Positions 51,301 through 64,000 of a stretch of 64,000 nucleotides of DNA are shown here, piece after piece. The translations under genes were made by a program, and so were the position numbers. The stretch comes from Gnetum montanum (Eukaryota > Plantae > Gnetophyta): assembly GCA_015680685.1 (NCBI GenBank), contig MNCI01000668.1:1110715-1174714 (forward strand), read 5' to 3'. The notes under the pieces are model-generated. The model was not told the DNA's origin. It saw only the letters and a list, made by a program, of their open reading frames with translations, and did not search any database. Positions within the stretch are counted from its first letter, which is position 1; each line of letters opens with the position of its first letter.

Positions 51301-54050
51301 TTAGTCATTTTACCAAAGAAGGATAGAAAATGGAGGGTTTGTATTGATTTCAGATTATTAAATATGGAAACATTCAAGAATCATTTTCCTTTGCCATTTG
51401 TTAATCAAGTCCTAGATACTATAATAGCTTACCAGTATTACAGCTTTATAGATGGCTATAGTAGGGACAAACAAATCTTCATTGCACCAGAAGACTAAGA
51501 AAAGACCACATTCACTAGCCCATGGGGGAAATTTTCATACAAGCAGATTCCCTATAGTTTGTGTAATGCACTTGCTACATTCTAGAAACTTATACTATAC
51601 ATCTTCTAGAAGAAAATTAGCAATGGGGTTAAAGTCTTTGTGGAAAAATTCTTCACATATATGCTATATTTTAAACAAGCCTTAGACCATTTAGAGTAGG
51701 TACTAAAGAGATGTGTAGAAGCCAATCTAGGACTCAATTGGTAGAAAAGCCATTTAATGGTTCAAGATGATATAGTTTTGAGACATAGAGTATCTCACAA
51801 GGGAATAGAGATAGATCAAGAGAACATCATAGTCATCCAAAAAATCACTTAGAGGTAGCAAACTATTAAGGATGTTAAATCATTTCTTGGCCACATAGGA
51901 TATTATAGAAGATTTATTGAAGTTTTCTCAAAAATTACAAAACCTCTAGTAGAACTCACAAAGAAAGATGCACAATTCCACTAGAAAAAACTATGTGAGA
52001 AGGCACTTGAGACATTAAAACATAAACTAATTGAAATACCAATCCTTCAAGCTCCAGATTGATCTAAACCCTTACAAAAAATGATAGATGCTTCAAACTA
52101 TACACTGGGAGTAGTACTCATGCTAGATGGTCAAAGATGATTCTATTACATACATTGCACTAGTCGAAGCATCATCGAGGTAGAACTTAATTACACCACT
52201 ACAAAAAGAAGCTTATGGTTGTGGTGTATGCACTTGAGAAATTTAGATACTATGTGCTTGAATATCCTATTTATGTCCACACATATCATAGTGCTATTAA
52301 ATTTCTAATGAATAAACTAGTAGTCAGTTTAAGGACAATAAGATGGCTTGTGATATTATAATAATTTGACATCACCATGGTAGATAAAAAGGAAATCAAA
52401 AATTTATAGTTGATCATCTATCTAGACACATATGGGAATCTTAGGACAATGATGAATCACTATTGAACCAATTTCCTAATGAAAATCTATTTACAAGAAC
52501 AACAATGGCTACAACCTTAATAAAGAAGTGGTGGATATCTAATTATGTGACCTAACTACATAAAAACTTCCTTTTGAGTGGGACAAGAAACAAAATGAGC
52601 AGTTCCTCCACTAAGACAAATATTATATGGAAATTAGTAGAAACCTTTACAAGATCTATATCAATGAACTAATCAAATGATGTGTTCCTGAAGAAGAACA
52701 TAAAAAAACCTTACGATATGCACATGAAGGATCATGTTGTGGCTACTATGCAGGATGAAGGATGGCACTCAAACTGATGATGGCAAGCTCCTTCTAGCCT
52801 ACCATATTTCAAAACAAACACTAGTTCACCCAATCTTTTGAGAGATGTCAACATGACAAAGGATTAATAATCAGAAACAAAGGTCCACAATAGTGGATAC
52901 AGCCATTGGAACCATTTGATATTTGGAAAATTGATTTTATGGGGTCCATCAAGCTAATTTCCAATGGGAAATTGTACATTATAGTAATAGTTAATTATTA
53001 TACAAAGTGGATAGAAGTAGCTATAATTAAGGATTACATAGCCAAAACAACTACTAAGTTCTTTCAATAACATGTGGTGAACAGATTTGAAGTGCCATGC
53101 ATGCTCATACCAGATAATAAGACTCATTTTATAGGAGCTACATTTAAAAAGCTAATGCAACATCTTGGGGTGAATCACCAACTACACCATACCATCCCCA
53201 AGAAATTGGATAAGCAGAAGTAACTAATCGGAAAATCATAAGAATATTAACCAAAATAGTTAGTTGATATGGGAAGGATTAGAGCACTATTCTTAATGAT
53301 GCTCCATGGGCATATAGATCGACATGGAAACTTCATATAGTGTATTCCCCATCTAAGTTAGTTTATAGTAACCTACCCACATTACTAATCTAAGTGGAAC
53401 TCAATACCCTTTCCACTACTTGTACACTTGACCTTGACTTAAGCCTAAGCCAATGAGAATGCCTCATGAATCTTAACCTCTTAGATGAGAATTGATTAGT
53501 CACTCAAATGAGTAATGAAATTCACAAAAAGTACTTTAAAAATAGACATGATGCTAAAATAAGTGATAAAGTCCTCTATTATAATATTAGTTATAAGTTA
53601 GTTTATAGTAAACTACCCACATTACTAATCTAAGTGGAACTCAATACCCTTTCCACTACTTGTACACTTAACCTTGACTTAAGCCTAAGCCAATGAGAAT
53701 TCCTCATGAATCTTAACCTCTTAGATGAGAATTTATTAGTCACTCAAATGAGTAATGAAATTCACAAAAAGTTCTTCAAAAATAAACATGATTCTAAAAT
53801 AAGATAAGTGTCATACTGACCAGGTGATAAAGTCCTCTATTACAATCTTAGTTATGTTACACAAAAGACTAAGTTTCAAATCTTATGGGAAGGATCCTAT
53901 ATCATCCATGTAACATACCAATCTAGTGCCATGTAGATCTATCACCCAACCAACCTAAAAAAGTTGAGTCTTATCAATATTCAATAGGTTAAGCCATATC
54001 ATGACTTTCAGTACTCGTTTCATGACTCTACACTATCTACCAGACACACT
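48364..54050 (+). pseudogene. pol: gag (3' part)-PR-RT-RNase H-integrase of the old element, heavily degenerate
   Basis: FEGGYNVDPQHHLQAF; AL*DFGSRVNL; KWRVCIDFRLLN; DGYS; DASNYTLG; DIWKIDFMG; AEVTNRKI; ~240-bp tandem duplication at 53355-53850. Confidence 0.92.
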
Positions 54051-56270
54051 ATCACATGTTCAATATTTTGAATATCCACTTCTCAGGATAGTTGTGGGGA
54101 TATCAAACTTGATACTTAGGCATGAATTTTTCTTCTAACACTTTTCTACTTTTATCTTTTTCCATTTCTTACTAATTTTTTCATTATTTTATAACTTTTC
54201 CATTTTTTGTATACTCTTTATATTTGTTGAATAATTTTTTTCTCTTTAATAATTTTTTACCTTTTCTATTTTTTACATTTTTTCCAATTTTTCATCATCT
54301 TTCTTGATTTTTCTAATAAAGTACAAAGGAATAAAATACGATGTAGTTCCAATAATGTGAATATTACTCTATAATATCGAATCATTAAAAGATTGATTCT
54401 ATATATAGTGAGACTACATCATCCATCCACTCATTTCCAATAATAAGAGGTTCTTACAATGTACATAATGACATTCTCTTTATAATAAAACTAAAATAAA
54501 CTTGTGATCATTATGCATGGGCAAAAATGTGAAGAACCACATGGAAATAAAAAGGGTGTGATATTAAGGTATTTGTGGATTCTCTGGAACTACTACTACA
54601 ACTCTTATCCTATTGCTAAGTCATGTTATTTACTTAAGTTCTAATGAAAAATAGATGTATGTAAAAAATAAGTGTTTTCACTGGAAAGACATGTTACCCA
54701 TGATTGAAGGTAATCCTTTGGTAAGGTTGAACAAAATCTAATAAATAGATAGAATAAAAATTTGTGGGGGTTCCACTAGAAAGACATGTTACCCATGCCT
54801 AAAGGTAGGTGACTTCTTAGAAATTCAAAGGTCTCTTGGACTCACATTGGTTATGGGACTAGAAAGACATGTTACCCATGCCTAGAGATACTCCTTTGTC
54901 CAATGGCTAGGTCTCCTTTAACAAAAACAAAGTGTGCTAGTAATAAACTACTTCTTTGAACTTAATTGCCAAGTGTTAATACTCCTTATATTTGTGATAA
55001 TATTATGGGTTCTAGTTGTTGAATGATATAATGTGATGTCATTGGTAAGTGGTATGGACTTGGTTTGGATCTTGAACAAAAGTACTAATGGTTACTTTAA
55101 ATACAAATCACACACAAAATTCATTATGCCTATGGTAAGACACCTCACATTCTAATTTTTGCAATCCCTTGCTACTGTATTATTTTCACATCTGGGTGGT
55201 ACTAATATGTCTATCTTGGAAGATAGGTATGTTTTACATTCAACTCCTTCAGTGGCTATAGACACTTATAAGTGCGGTTATACAAGGGCACTAAGGGATG
55301 GAGCCTGCTTTGGGAAGGATCCACTTGTATAACTCTTATGCTTCATACCTAACAACTAAGTTCACATGATCTTGTAACTTCAAGATACTTAAACCATCAA
55401 TTTTCACTTTCTTACACTCTCATAACTAATCATACTTTTGGCAATCCCTATTACCATCTCCTATATACCTGATGAACTTACTTTGTCAAAGATTCCTTCT
55501 TTCATGAACTTTTACTACCAAATTTTCATATTCTGAGCACCATCTATGATCAAAAATCCTTCAAACCATTTCTACATCTTTAAAACTATCCATTTGATTC
55601 AATTTTTCCACCAAAAATTGCTCAAAATTTAATTTTTTTTACGATGACATCATAGCTATCATGTATTAGGCCCTAATTCATTACATCTATGATGTCATAT
55701 CTATAATGTGTCTTATATAAATCATCTATATATATGCATGGGAGCTAGGAAATTTTTCATTTTTCACATTCCAAGCAAGGGGAGTTCATGTTGTTTTTCT
55801 AACCCTCTAGCAACCAATCTTCCAAGCACAATAACTCTTTCACCGTAACTTTGATTTTCATGATTTTCAAAAATTCTTGATCACAAAGTGACCAACTTAG
55901 TCGTGGGGAAGAGTTCTACAAGTAAATAAGTCAAATTGGACCAAATTTCTCTAATGTTATAAGAGTATATTAAGGGTAAGAATAAGAACAAATAAGCATA
56001 TTTTAACCAATTTTCCTAACCACCCATCCAATCACATAATAAAAAAGCAAATAATAACTGTGAGAGGTCTTAACAATCAAAAAAACAATGAACAATGGTT
56101 TCATTTAGAAATTTTCAACATTTTTCTAACTCTACAATCATAATAAGAGCTATAAGTAATAATAAGGATAAACTTGTGATCAAATTACAGAACCTAAGGA
56201 AGGACTATGAACCATTAAAAACCTATTCAAAAGCCATAGGTAATCTTAAATGAATCCTTAATGATTAGTA

Positions 56271-59025
56271 ATGGCTCCTAAAAGACCCATAAAAGGAAGA
56301 CCCTCATAGTAAGGAAGCAAAAGATTTAGAGGTAGAGGTAGAGAGTAAGCTAGAGAACAAACTCCATAAGTGGAGTAGAAGGCTCAACCCTTTAGCATCC
56401 ATCAACAAACACCTACAATAGAACACTTTATGCAAGTTGAGGCTAAAGTACCACCAACTCCAGATAAAGCATAACATCTCATGCTATTAGCAGAATATCT
56501 TTAGGCCATTTAAGAAAAATTAATCATGTCCACAGTTATTGTGGAACTCAAATTTGGACTGTTCATGGAATTTGCACCTACCAATATCTAACAATAACTC
56601 TAAGCCTCTTCCTTATGACTTTTATCATGTAGTGGAGAATGGTACTTAGGAGAAGTGTACCAATTCTTGAAGAACAAGTAGGATGATGCTATAGTTAAAA
56701 TTGAAGGAGTCATAGTGCCTTGCTCTATGGAAGTAATTGCAAAGGAAATCAATAATCCTAATGTTGAAGTGAATATTGCATAGATACCTATAAGATTTGA
56801 CATAAAGGCAAAGAAGTTATGGCTACCAAGGGCATATGACAAAGTAGATAAAGAATATAGATAAAGAATATACTTAAAAATAGAAACTTGCCATATTTTT
56901 TTCACCAAATTACTCAACAAAATTTCCACCTTTGCTATAAGTGGAAGCATTATTCTTATGGGGAAATTCAATGCAAATCTAGTTCATCTATATTTTTAGA
57001 AATCCAAAATAGATTTAAAGAAAGAAGGTAGCAAAACTCATATTACCATTCCCTTGCCTCATCAAAAGGTTATGCATGCAAGTTCGAATTCTAGGCTACA
57101 CAAATGATGTCTTACATGAGGCCCAAAATGCATCCTATGTTGAAATGTCAAAACTAGTGGCTCCAAAGAAAGATTAGCTAGAAAAGCTAGTAAGCACTGA
57201 GGGATTAGTAGGATCCACACTAGTAGGAAAAATTTTAGCCATAGGATAGGAATAAGAAAGACCTAATGGGTTAACACCAGCCGGTGATAGACTTAGCTCA
57301 AGTGCTCCACCAGCACAATAAGACTATTGATCTTCGATGAGCCATTTGTAGCATATTGTCAAAACCATAAGTTAGGAAAATAAGAAAGGTTCTGTACTCT
57401 ATAAAATCAAAGATAGTTCTGTAAGACCTACAATATCAACAAGATCTACTAGTGAAAAAATCTCATTGTAGGAAAGAGAAAATGAAGATTGGGCACAAAA
57501 AATATATGGAAATGCTACATCTTTTTAGGTCATGTTGGAGACAAGAGAAGAAGCCACAGTCGTGGTAATGCAACACTAGGATGTAGTAGGAGTAGCAAAG
57601 GTGATCATGGATCACATCAAAGAATCATTTAATGTTTTCATTGTGCCACCAGTAGATATTAGTGGAGTTAGAGATGTTGAAATAATGGCCAATACATCCA
57701 TGACCCTAGAAGAACATGAAGATATCCTAGATCAACTACTATAGATGGACCATGTAATGTAAAATCTCTTTAATATCCTCAGTGATATCAGCACATTCTA
57801 GTTAGATCCAATCTCAACAAAGGGTAAGCTGGCAATGGCTCAAACAAAAGCTAAACATGTAGAAAATGAAGTGTAGAGTTTGCAAGTTAAATTGGTAGCC
57901 TTAAGAGTAGAAAAGAGAGACCTTGCACAATACATAGTGCTAAACGATCTCGATAAATTTATAATTGAACATGTAACCTAGCTCATAGCCAAAAAAATTC
58001 AAGTAGAGATGGAAAAGAAGAAGGAAACATTAATGCCTCTGTATTAGAAGCTTAAATCCAAGCACATGGAAAACCATTAACTGCCCTCAAAAAAGAAAAC
58101 AAAATAATTACTACCAAAAATACAAGGTTGATAGATATAAAAAGATAAAAGAATGTTCTTGAAGAAAGCATCCATCAGCTTAGAGAAAAATTTATAAGAG
58201 TTAACCAGGATATGCAAAAATTACCCAAAGAAAATAAAACCCTATTAATGGAGGAAGTCCATGTTATCTACAAAAAGCTAGCAATTGAAATTAGCACATG
58301 GAAGAATGAGGCCAAAAAGCATGAAAGGCTAAAAGAGCACTTTAGAGACCAAGTGAGCAGTACAAGAAAATCAATGAAAAATAAAGCTAGATGGCTAAAT
58401 ACAAAAGCACCTCCATCATGACATAAACACATAATTAGTAGTCAATCCTAGATGATCTCCCCTATATCTAGCAAGCTAAAGTCAAGAATAAGAACCTGAG
58501 AATTGAAGACCTTGTAGAGCACATGGGATAGCAAATCTTTAGTATACTAATCTAGCCATGCTTAGAACAGGAAGGCCTAGAAATGAACTGGAGCAAAAAG
58601 TGCCCACAACCTATGCATTATATGAGAAGAAATTTACAAATATAAAGGATGTGTAATAAACATTGCATATTGCAAACTCTAAGCTCAAAGTGGTCAAAGA
58701 TAGCTACCAGTACTAGAAGGATGTAGCAACAAACCTAGCCCATAGAATTATATATTATCAAGAGTTAAGAAAAGTGGCCATGACATTTAAAGAAGAAAGA
58801 AGATAATTTTTAGCTTGGTATGTAAAGGCAAAAAAGATGTTCTTACAACTACAATTCCTAGGGAAGGTACCAAGTTCATCTAACATCATAAAATTTACTT
58901 GGATAGTACATGATCCTAGATTAGAAGAAGAGAAACTTCGAGTGTTACCCAATAGATATCAAAGCCCAAAGCCTGATGATAAAGGAAAGAAGTTGATGGA
59001 GGAGCCACTACCACCAAGGACATAA
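56271..59025 (+). pseudogene. ORF2 of the old Athila-like element
   Basis: MAPKRP start; EWYLGEVYQFLKNK..VKIEGVIVP..EVIAKEINNP; collinear with 45298-47386; ends DKGKKLMEEPLPPRT. Confidence 0.8.
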
Positions 59026-61026
59026 GGCTACATCAAGCTTTATCACTTTGTTTTATTATTTTAAATCATCAAATTATGTTAATCATGAAATGCATGGTAA
59101 TTTTGTAAACACCACTCAAACCATAATGCAAAATTCAGAGTTAAGTTAGCAATGTATATAAGCAATCATCTCAATGTCTTAATATAATTCATAATTTTGT
59201 AAGGAACTCTATACTCCTTTTGTTTTAACTCAAGGATGAGTATCCAATTAGTCATGGGAGTATGATAAAATCCATTAAGTTAAATAATGTGATATTGTAT
59301 CTACAATATTTTAACTATGCTTACGTTATCATAGATATGATGTAGTGGACCTTGGTCATGACTATAAATACCAACCCACCGTTGCATCGTTGGAATAAAT
59401 TTTGCACCACACTTAGCAAAATTCTTATAGTTTCTTTTTATGATTTACACTTAGAGTTAGAGTTAGACATGAATGCTCATAGTGTGGTAACTAACAATTG
59501 TATAGAGTCTTTATTTGAGTGGATTGTACCTAGACACACTTTATCACTAGCAATAAAGATTAAAATTTTTTCTTACCATTGCAACATTCTACTTAGCTTA
59601 CTTAGATTAATTTTACTTTCCAACATGTTTACTTGTATGTCAATTACTTCTCTTAAACACTTTACTTTACTAATGTTCGTTAGTAAGGTAGTATAAGTAC
59701 AATTGGTTTCAAGCATTAAGTATAATTTTTTGGTAATCCAATTGTGACTTCACTTGATTCATTTAGTAGTAAATTCACTTGGTAATCCTAGTAACTATTA
59801 CATGAGCCCAAAGCATGTATGACAATCTAAGAACATATGCTTATCACCATAGGCTAGGATAGATTTACATTTCTATTATAACTTAGATTTAGATTTTATT
59901 CTCATTTTCCATTATGGAAGCACTTATGATTAATTTGAGCCAACAACATCATATATCATCTGCCTCATCGAGATAGTTGCACTTCACTAACTAAACATGA
60001 GAAGATAATGATCATGAACCAACTATCAACCACTATCATACCTACATTATTCATTCATGGATTACAATCTAGTCACGTGCATGCACTAATGACTTGTATG
60101 GTGGAGTGTTGGAATATCCAACCACTCATCAGATTTGGTAATGAATTATTGTGCTCTTAAAATCATTGTCTATAATCATGTTCATCATTATTTCTAGCAT
60201 TGTGATTAAGGTTTCTTTATGATGAATACCAATTTTAAAATTTGTAATAAAGTCTCATAAGCCTAGACCATACACTTTCCATTGCTATTAGCTTAGCTAT
60301 ATAAAAATCATAAAGATAAAAGGATATTAAAAATTTTAGCATCTATAGGCAATCAAAAAGCATCATATAATATGGATGAGAAATCGTAGTCTAATCTTGA
60401 TTATTAATTCATAGAAATGCTAAAGTCTTGGATATCCTCTTAGCAAAATGAAAAGTATAACCAAGAGTAGGCTATGATCTTTAACAAATCATTTATTGCC
60501 CAAAGATGCTAAAGCTTTTTATATCTTTTTAGATTTATAGCTTTTACATAGCTAGCATATTTAGTCAATAGCATATAATTCAATGGTTCATAAAAAACTA
60601 TGGTTACAAGTCCATAATATTAGCCTCCCTTCAAAATTGGTTGTATGTAATATTCCTCATTTTTTGGTACTGCTAAGTTGGTATGTATCTTGATCTTTTT
60701 ATATTTTTCTTGGTATGATTATGGTTATTAATGGATATGTATGGCCTGGATGTGATAGACATGTGTTCTTGGTATGATTTATGTGCTTGTGCTTTTGGTT
60801 TGGTATGATCTTGAGCTTATATTATTAATGAGCATAGTGTTGGTTGGACTCCTATGCTAGCATGATATGATGTCTATGTCTTATTTCTTTTATGATTTTA
60901 TCACTTTATTTTTCTTTTATTACATTTATATTTATGATTTTTTATATCACATATACATTAAGTTGGTTAGATGAGTGATTGGTACCATGGATGTAGATGT
61001 GGCATTGGTGATATCAATTTGATAGA

Positions 61027-64000
61027 TGATGAGTGGCGAGGTACCCCTACACTCAACCATATGAATAAGAGCGTTTCATGCACGATCTGGTTGAACTCCT
61101 TAGATGGGCTAGTTGTGGTATTTAGATAGTTACTCGTTGATCGCAGTTCACTATCTTCCCACCTAGACTAGTATATGCTTTGTCATGTATGGTTTAGTCT
61201 AGAGTCAGGTGTATGATGTGTTCTTAAACTAATGCTACTCCTGAAGGCGATGGAAAATAATCTTAGCTAAGCTAGGAGGAAAAGGGAGAGAGAGTTATGC
61301 TAAGAGGAAATAGGGGGAGAGAATCTAAACTAGCCTAAGTGTGATGAGCATCCATTCCTTAATCATTTGTACACATCTTGGACCTCGTGCATGACTACCA
61401 CTAGGATTACCAAGCACATGGCCTAGGTACACTACTAGGATACCAAGTAGTCACACTTAAATGCTTGTGATTAAGTCATACTCATTCCGTGTTTAATGAG
61501 TTTAGGGTGAAGATATATTAACTACAAAAGAAATAAATAACAATAACAATTAAATAATTAAATTGAGTGAATGCTACAATGATGAAGTAATCTCGATCTT
61601 TATTTTCGGTCATGTGCATGTCCAAGTACGTCACACTCGAATAAAGGTGTTTTACAATTACAATCATCATACTGCAGGCATGCATTGGGAAAAAAATTTG
61701 AGAGTAAAAAGTGACAAAAAGACTCTACTCTAACACGTGCCCCATTGTGTATTTATAGGCTCACACAAGAAACGCGATATCGCATACCTGATATCACTTG
61801 TGAGGTCATGATATCGCATACCCGATAACGAGGGTCCAATATTAGGGGTCCGACATTGGGAATCTAATATCAGAACCTATCAAACTTGGTATCCTGTACT
61901 TGATATCAGGGGTCTGATAATAGGGGTCTGATAACAGGACTTGATAGACCATGACTTATCATATCCCCACGACTGAATAACAACTCATCATTGTGTCAAA
62001 CAAAGTGAGGAATAAGTTCATTTGATTACATAGTGGATAGGTATAGGATTATTGACTGACTAGGAATTTATTCATGCCATAGTGGAGAATTAAAAAAAAC
62101 TGACATAGACACAAAAGACAAAACTTGTGAAACTCATGGGGTTCTCGATAGTGGTGGCTCCTCCGTGGGTGCCTTTCCTTTGTTCTACATGCCAGGCTTC
62201 TGAGATTGATACGTTGAAGAAGCACCTAATATTTCTTCTCTTCTATTTATGGATTATGAGCCATCCATGCTGATGTTCCAATGTTTGATGGAGTCGACAC
62301 TTTCCATGGACATAGAAACTACGGGAACACTTGATTGGCCTTGACATGCCATGCTGCAAATAGCCATTGTTCCTCTTCATAAGCTCAAGCCTTGACTCTC
62401 CTCCTTTTTCTTGGATAGATTATGCAGTAGCAAGAGTTCCATGATGGATGCTAAATGATTGTGCCTTCTACTCTGCATGTTTTTCATGAGGTCCTTGGCC
62501 TCTACCTTCCCCTAGTCGTTCGATTGCACCTTGAGAAGGTCCTCCTTGTTATCTTCTTTTAGGAGCCATCTATAATCACATAAAGATCAATGGTTAGTAA
62601 GGTTATTGAAAAAATTTCAATGATTTCATACCTTACTCATTGCCTTTAATAAATGTTGAACTTTTTTCTTAGTGTGATTTTAGAGTTAGAAATTTTTTAA
62701 AGGAAGTTGCAATAAAATTTTAATCTTGGACCTGGTTTGTTTAGGTGACACATAAAGGTACCTGGTTTTGAGGAACATTTGATAAAATGATGACAAAGGA
62801 AAGAATAGATTTGACAATGAGGTACTTGGAGGGTATAAGATGATGTGGTGGTGTGCAGCAAGTACAAATTACAAAAGTCATGCAAGTGGATCCTTCCCAA
62901 AGCAAGTTCAAACCTATAATACCCTTGCATGACCACACCTTAAAATTTCTGTAGGCACTAGAAGGGTTAATTGTAATCTATGTCGATGCAACAAAACACA
63001 CACATGTTGATACCACCGTGATGAGATATGAATTCAATGCTATACAAGACATGAGTCACAATTACATGAACAGTGAGATCAGGCGAATTGTAAAAGAGAT
63101 TGTAGAGATTGGGACATGAGGTAACTGACCCTGGGCATAATGAATCTTGAGTGGAGGATGTGATTAATGTATCATTTGCACGTTGCTCCAAAATCAAGAC
63201 AAAGTCCATTCCTACAATCAGTGACATCGCATTGTTTCATCCCATGATGGACAACCATAAGAGCATCAGGATAGCAAGGCATACGATCACTTGGTGTTTT
63301 GTTCAAGGGAGGAGTGATTTTTGCTTTGTGGCACACATGTTTTCCTTTGTTCTTTTTTTGTGGCCACTTTGGCACACACTCTTTTTTTTTTGAATGCTTA
63401 ATCTAGAGAAGCCACCTACCTTCAGGCATGTGTACATGTCTTTCCAATGGGACCTCCTAGAATAGCATTATTATTTCTTGATTGAGTGCCTTTTGATTAC
63501 TCTTACCCCCATTTTTCATTAGATCTACAAGGATCTTATTATAACCAAGCTGCATGATAACTCCCACAGATGTTACCAAAGAGAATCCACAAGTCCCCTT
63601 GATGTCACACCCTAGCCATTCATGCTTAGTCCATCCTTCTTCACTTTGGGTATAATAACACAAGGTTACTTTAAGTCTTAGTGATTAATAGTATCATTGT
63701 ACCTAGGGTAGAACCCCTTATTAATAGAATGGGTGGATGGATATTGTGGGCTCGCTATTCAAATAATTAGTCACCTGAGACTTGATAGCATAAAACAACA
63801 CCACAACCAACAGTTCACATGAGTGTTTTATTCCTAGATGATATTACTCATAAAAAGGTAAAAAGATAAAAAGACAAAAAGGAAAAAAGATCAAACAATA
63901 AGTTGAAAAGTGAAACACTGAAAAACAAAAATTTCAAAATCAAAGAAAATGAAAAATATTTATTAATCCTGCTTGTTATTAGAATGGGGGGTATCCCCCA
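61027..64000 (-). mobile_element. 3' part of another Athila-like element (3' LTR 61027-61961, PPT 61962-61973), continues beyond window
   Basis: LTR homologous to 39940-40923; GTCGTGGGGATA PPT; 62900-64000 is a reverse-complement homolog of 43310-44400. Confidence 0.9.
62134..62569 (-). pseudogene. Internally deleted ORF2 (N- and C-termini only)
   Basis: TACTAAC...TATAG|ATG GCT CCT AAA AGA start joined directly to the YEEE..FAAWHVKANQ C-terminus. Confidence 0.8.

Larger units (their letters stand above)
38457..60131 (+). mobile_element. Old full-length Athila-like Ty3/gypsy element
   Basis: LTRs 38457-39329 and 59263-60131 (TGATAAAAT...CTCATCA, clearly diverged); PBS TGGTGTCGTTGCTAGGGA 39331-39348; gag-PR-RT-RH-INT then ORF2; PPT 59250-59262; TSD only 3/5 (TAGTT/GATTT). 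Confidence 0.9.

Overview
Repeat-dense land-plant genomic DNA (species not determinable). It is a stack of nested, C-to-T-degenerated transposable elements with no intact host gene that I can see. In order: (1) a minus-strand Tat-like Ty3/gypsy element (gag + protease, no RT/RH/INT, antisense spliced accessory ORF) apparently inserted into (2) an L1 LINE whose ORF2 continues in frame into an unexpected C-terminal domain; (3) a Ulp1-protease pseudogene facing a second accessory-type pseudogene; (4) a second Tat-like 3' end; (5) an Athila-like gag split by a TSD-bounded insert carrying a CDF-type Dof pseudogene; (6) a MULE-like transposase remnant beside a ~265-bp tandem array; (7) an old full-length Athila-like element (38457-60131) containing a younger pol-less Athila-like element (39940-48358); (8) the 3' end of a further Athila-like element. 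Best candidates for new biology: the Athila-like elements carry an internal promoter that repeats the LTR U3 palindromic motif array plus TATA box and leads into a spliced second ORF; and a related plant-transposon accessory domain (ATHILA/Transposase_32/PMD-like, recognised by eye only) appears in a LINE, in Athila ORF2 and next to a Ulp1 gene. All domain calls were made by motif reading; no database search was run.
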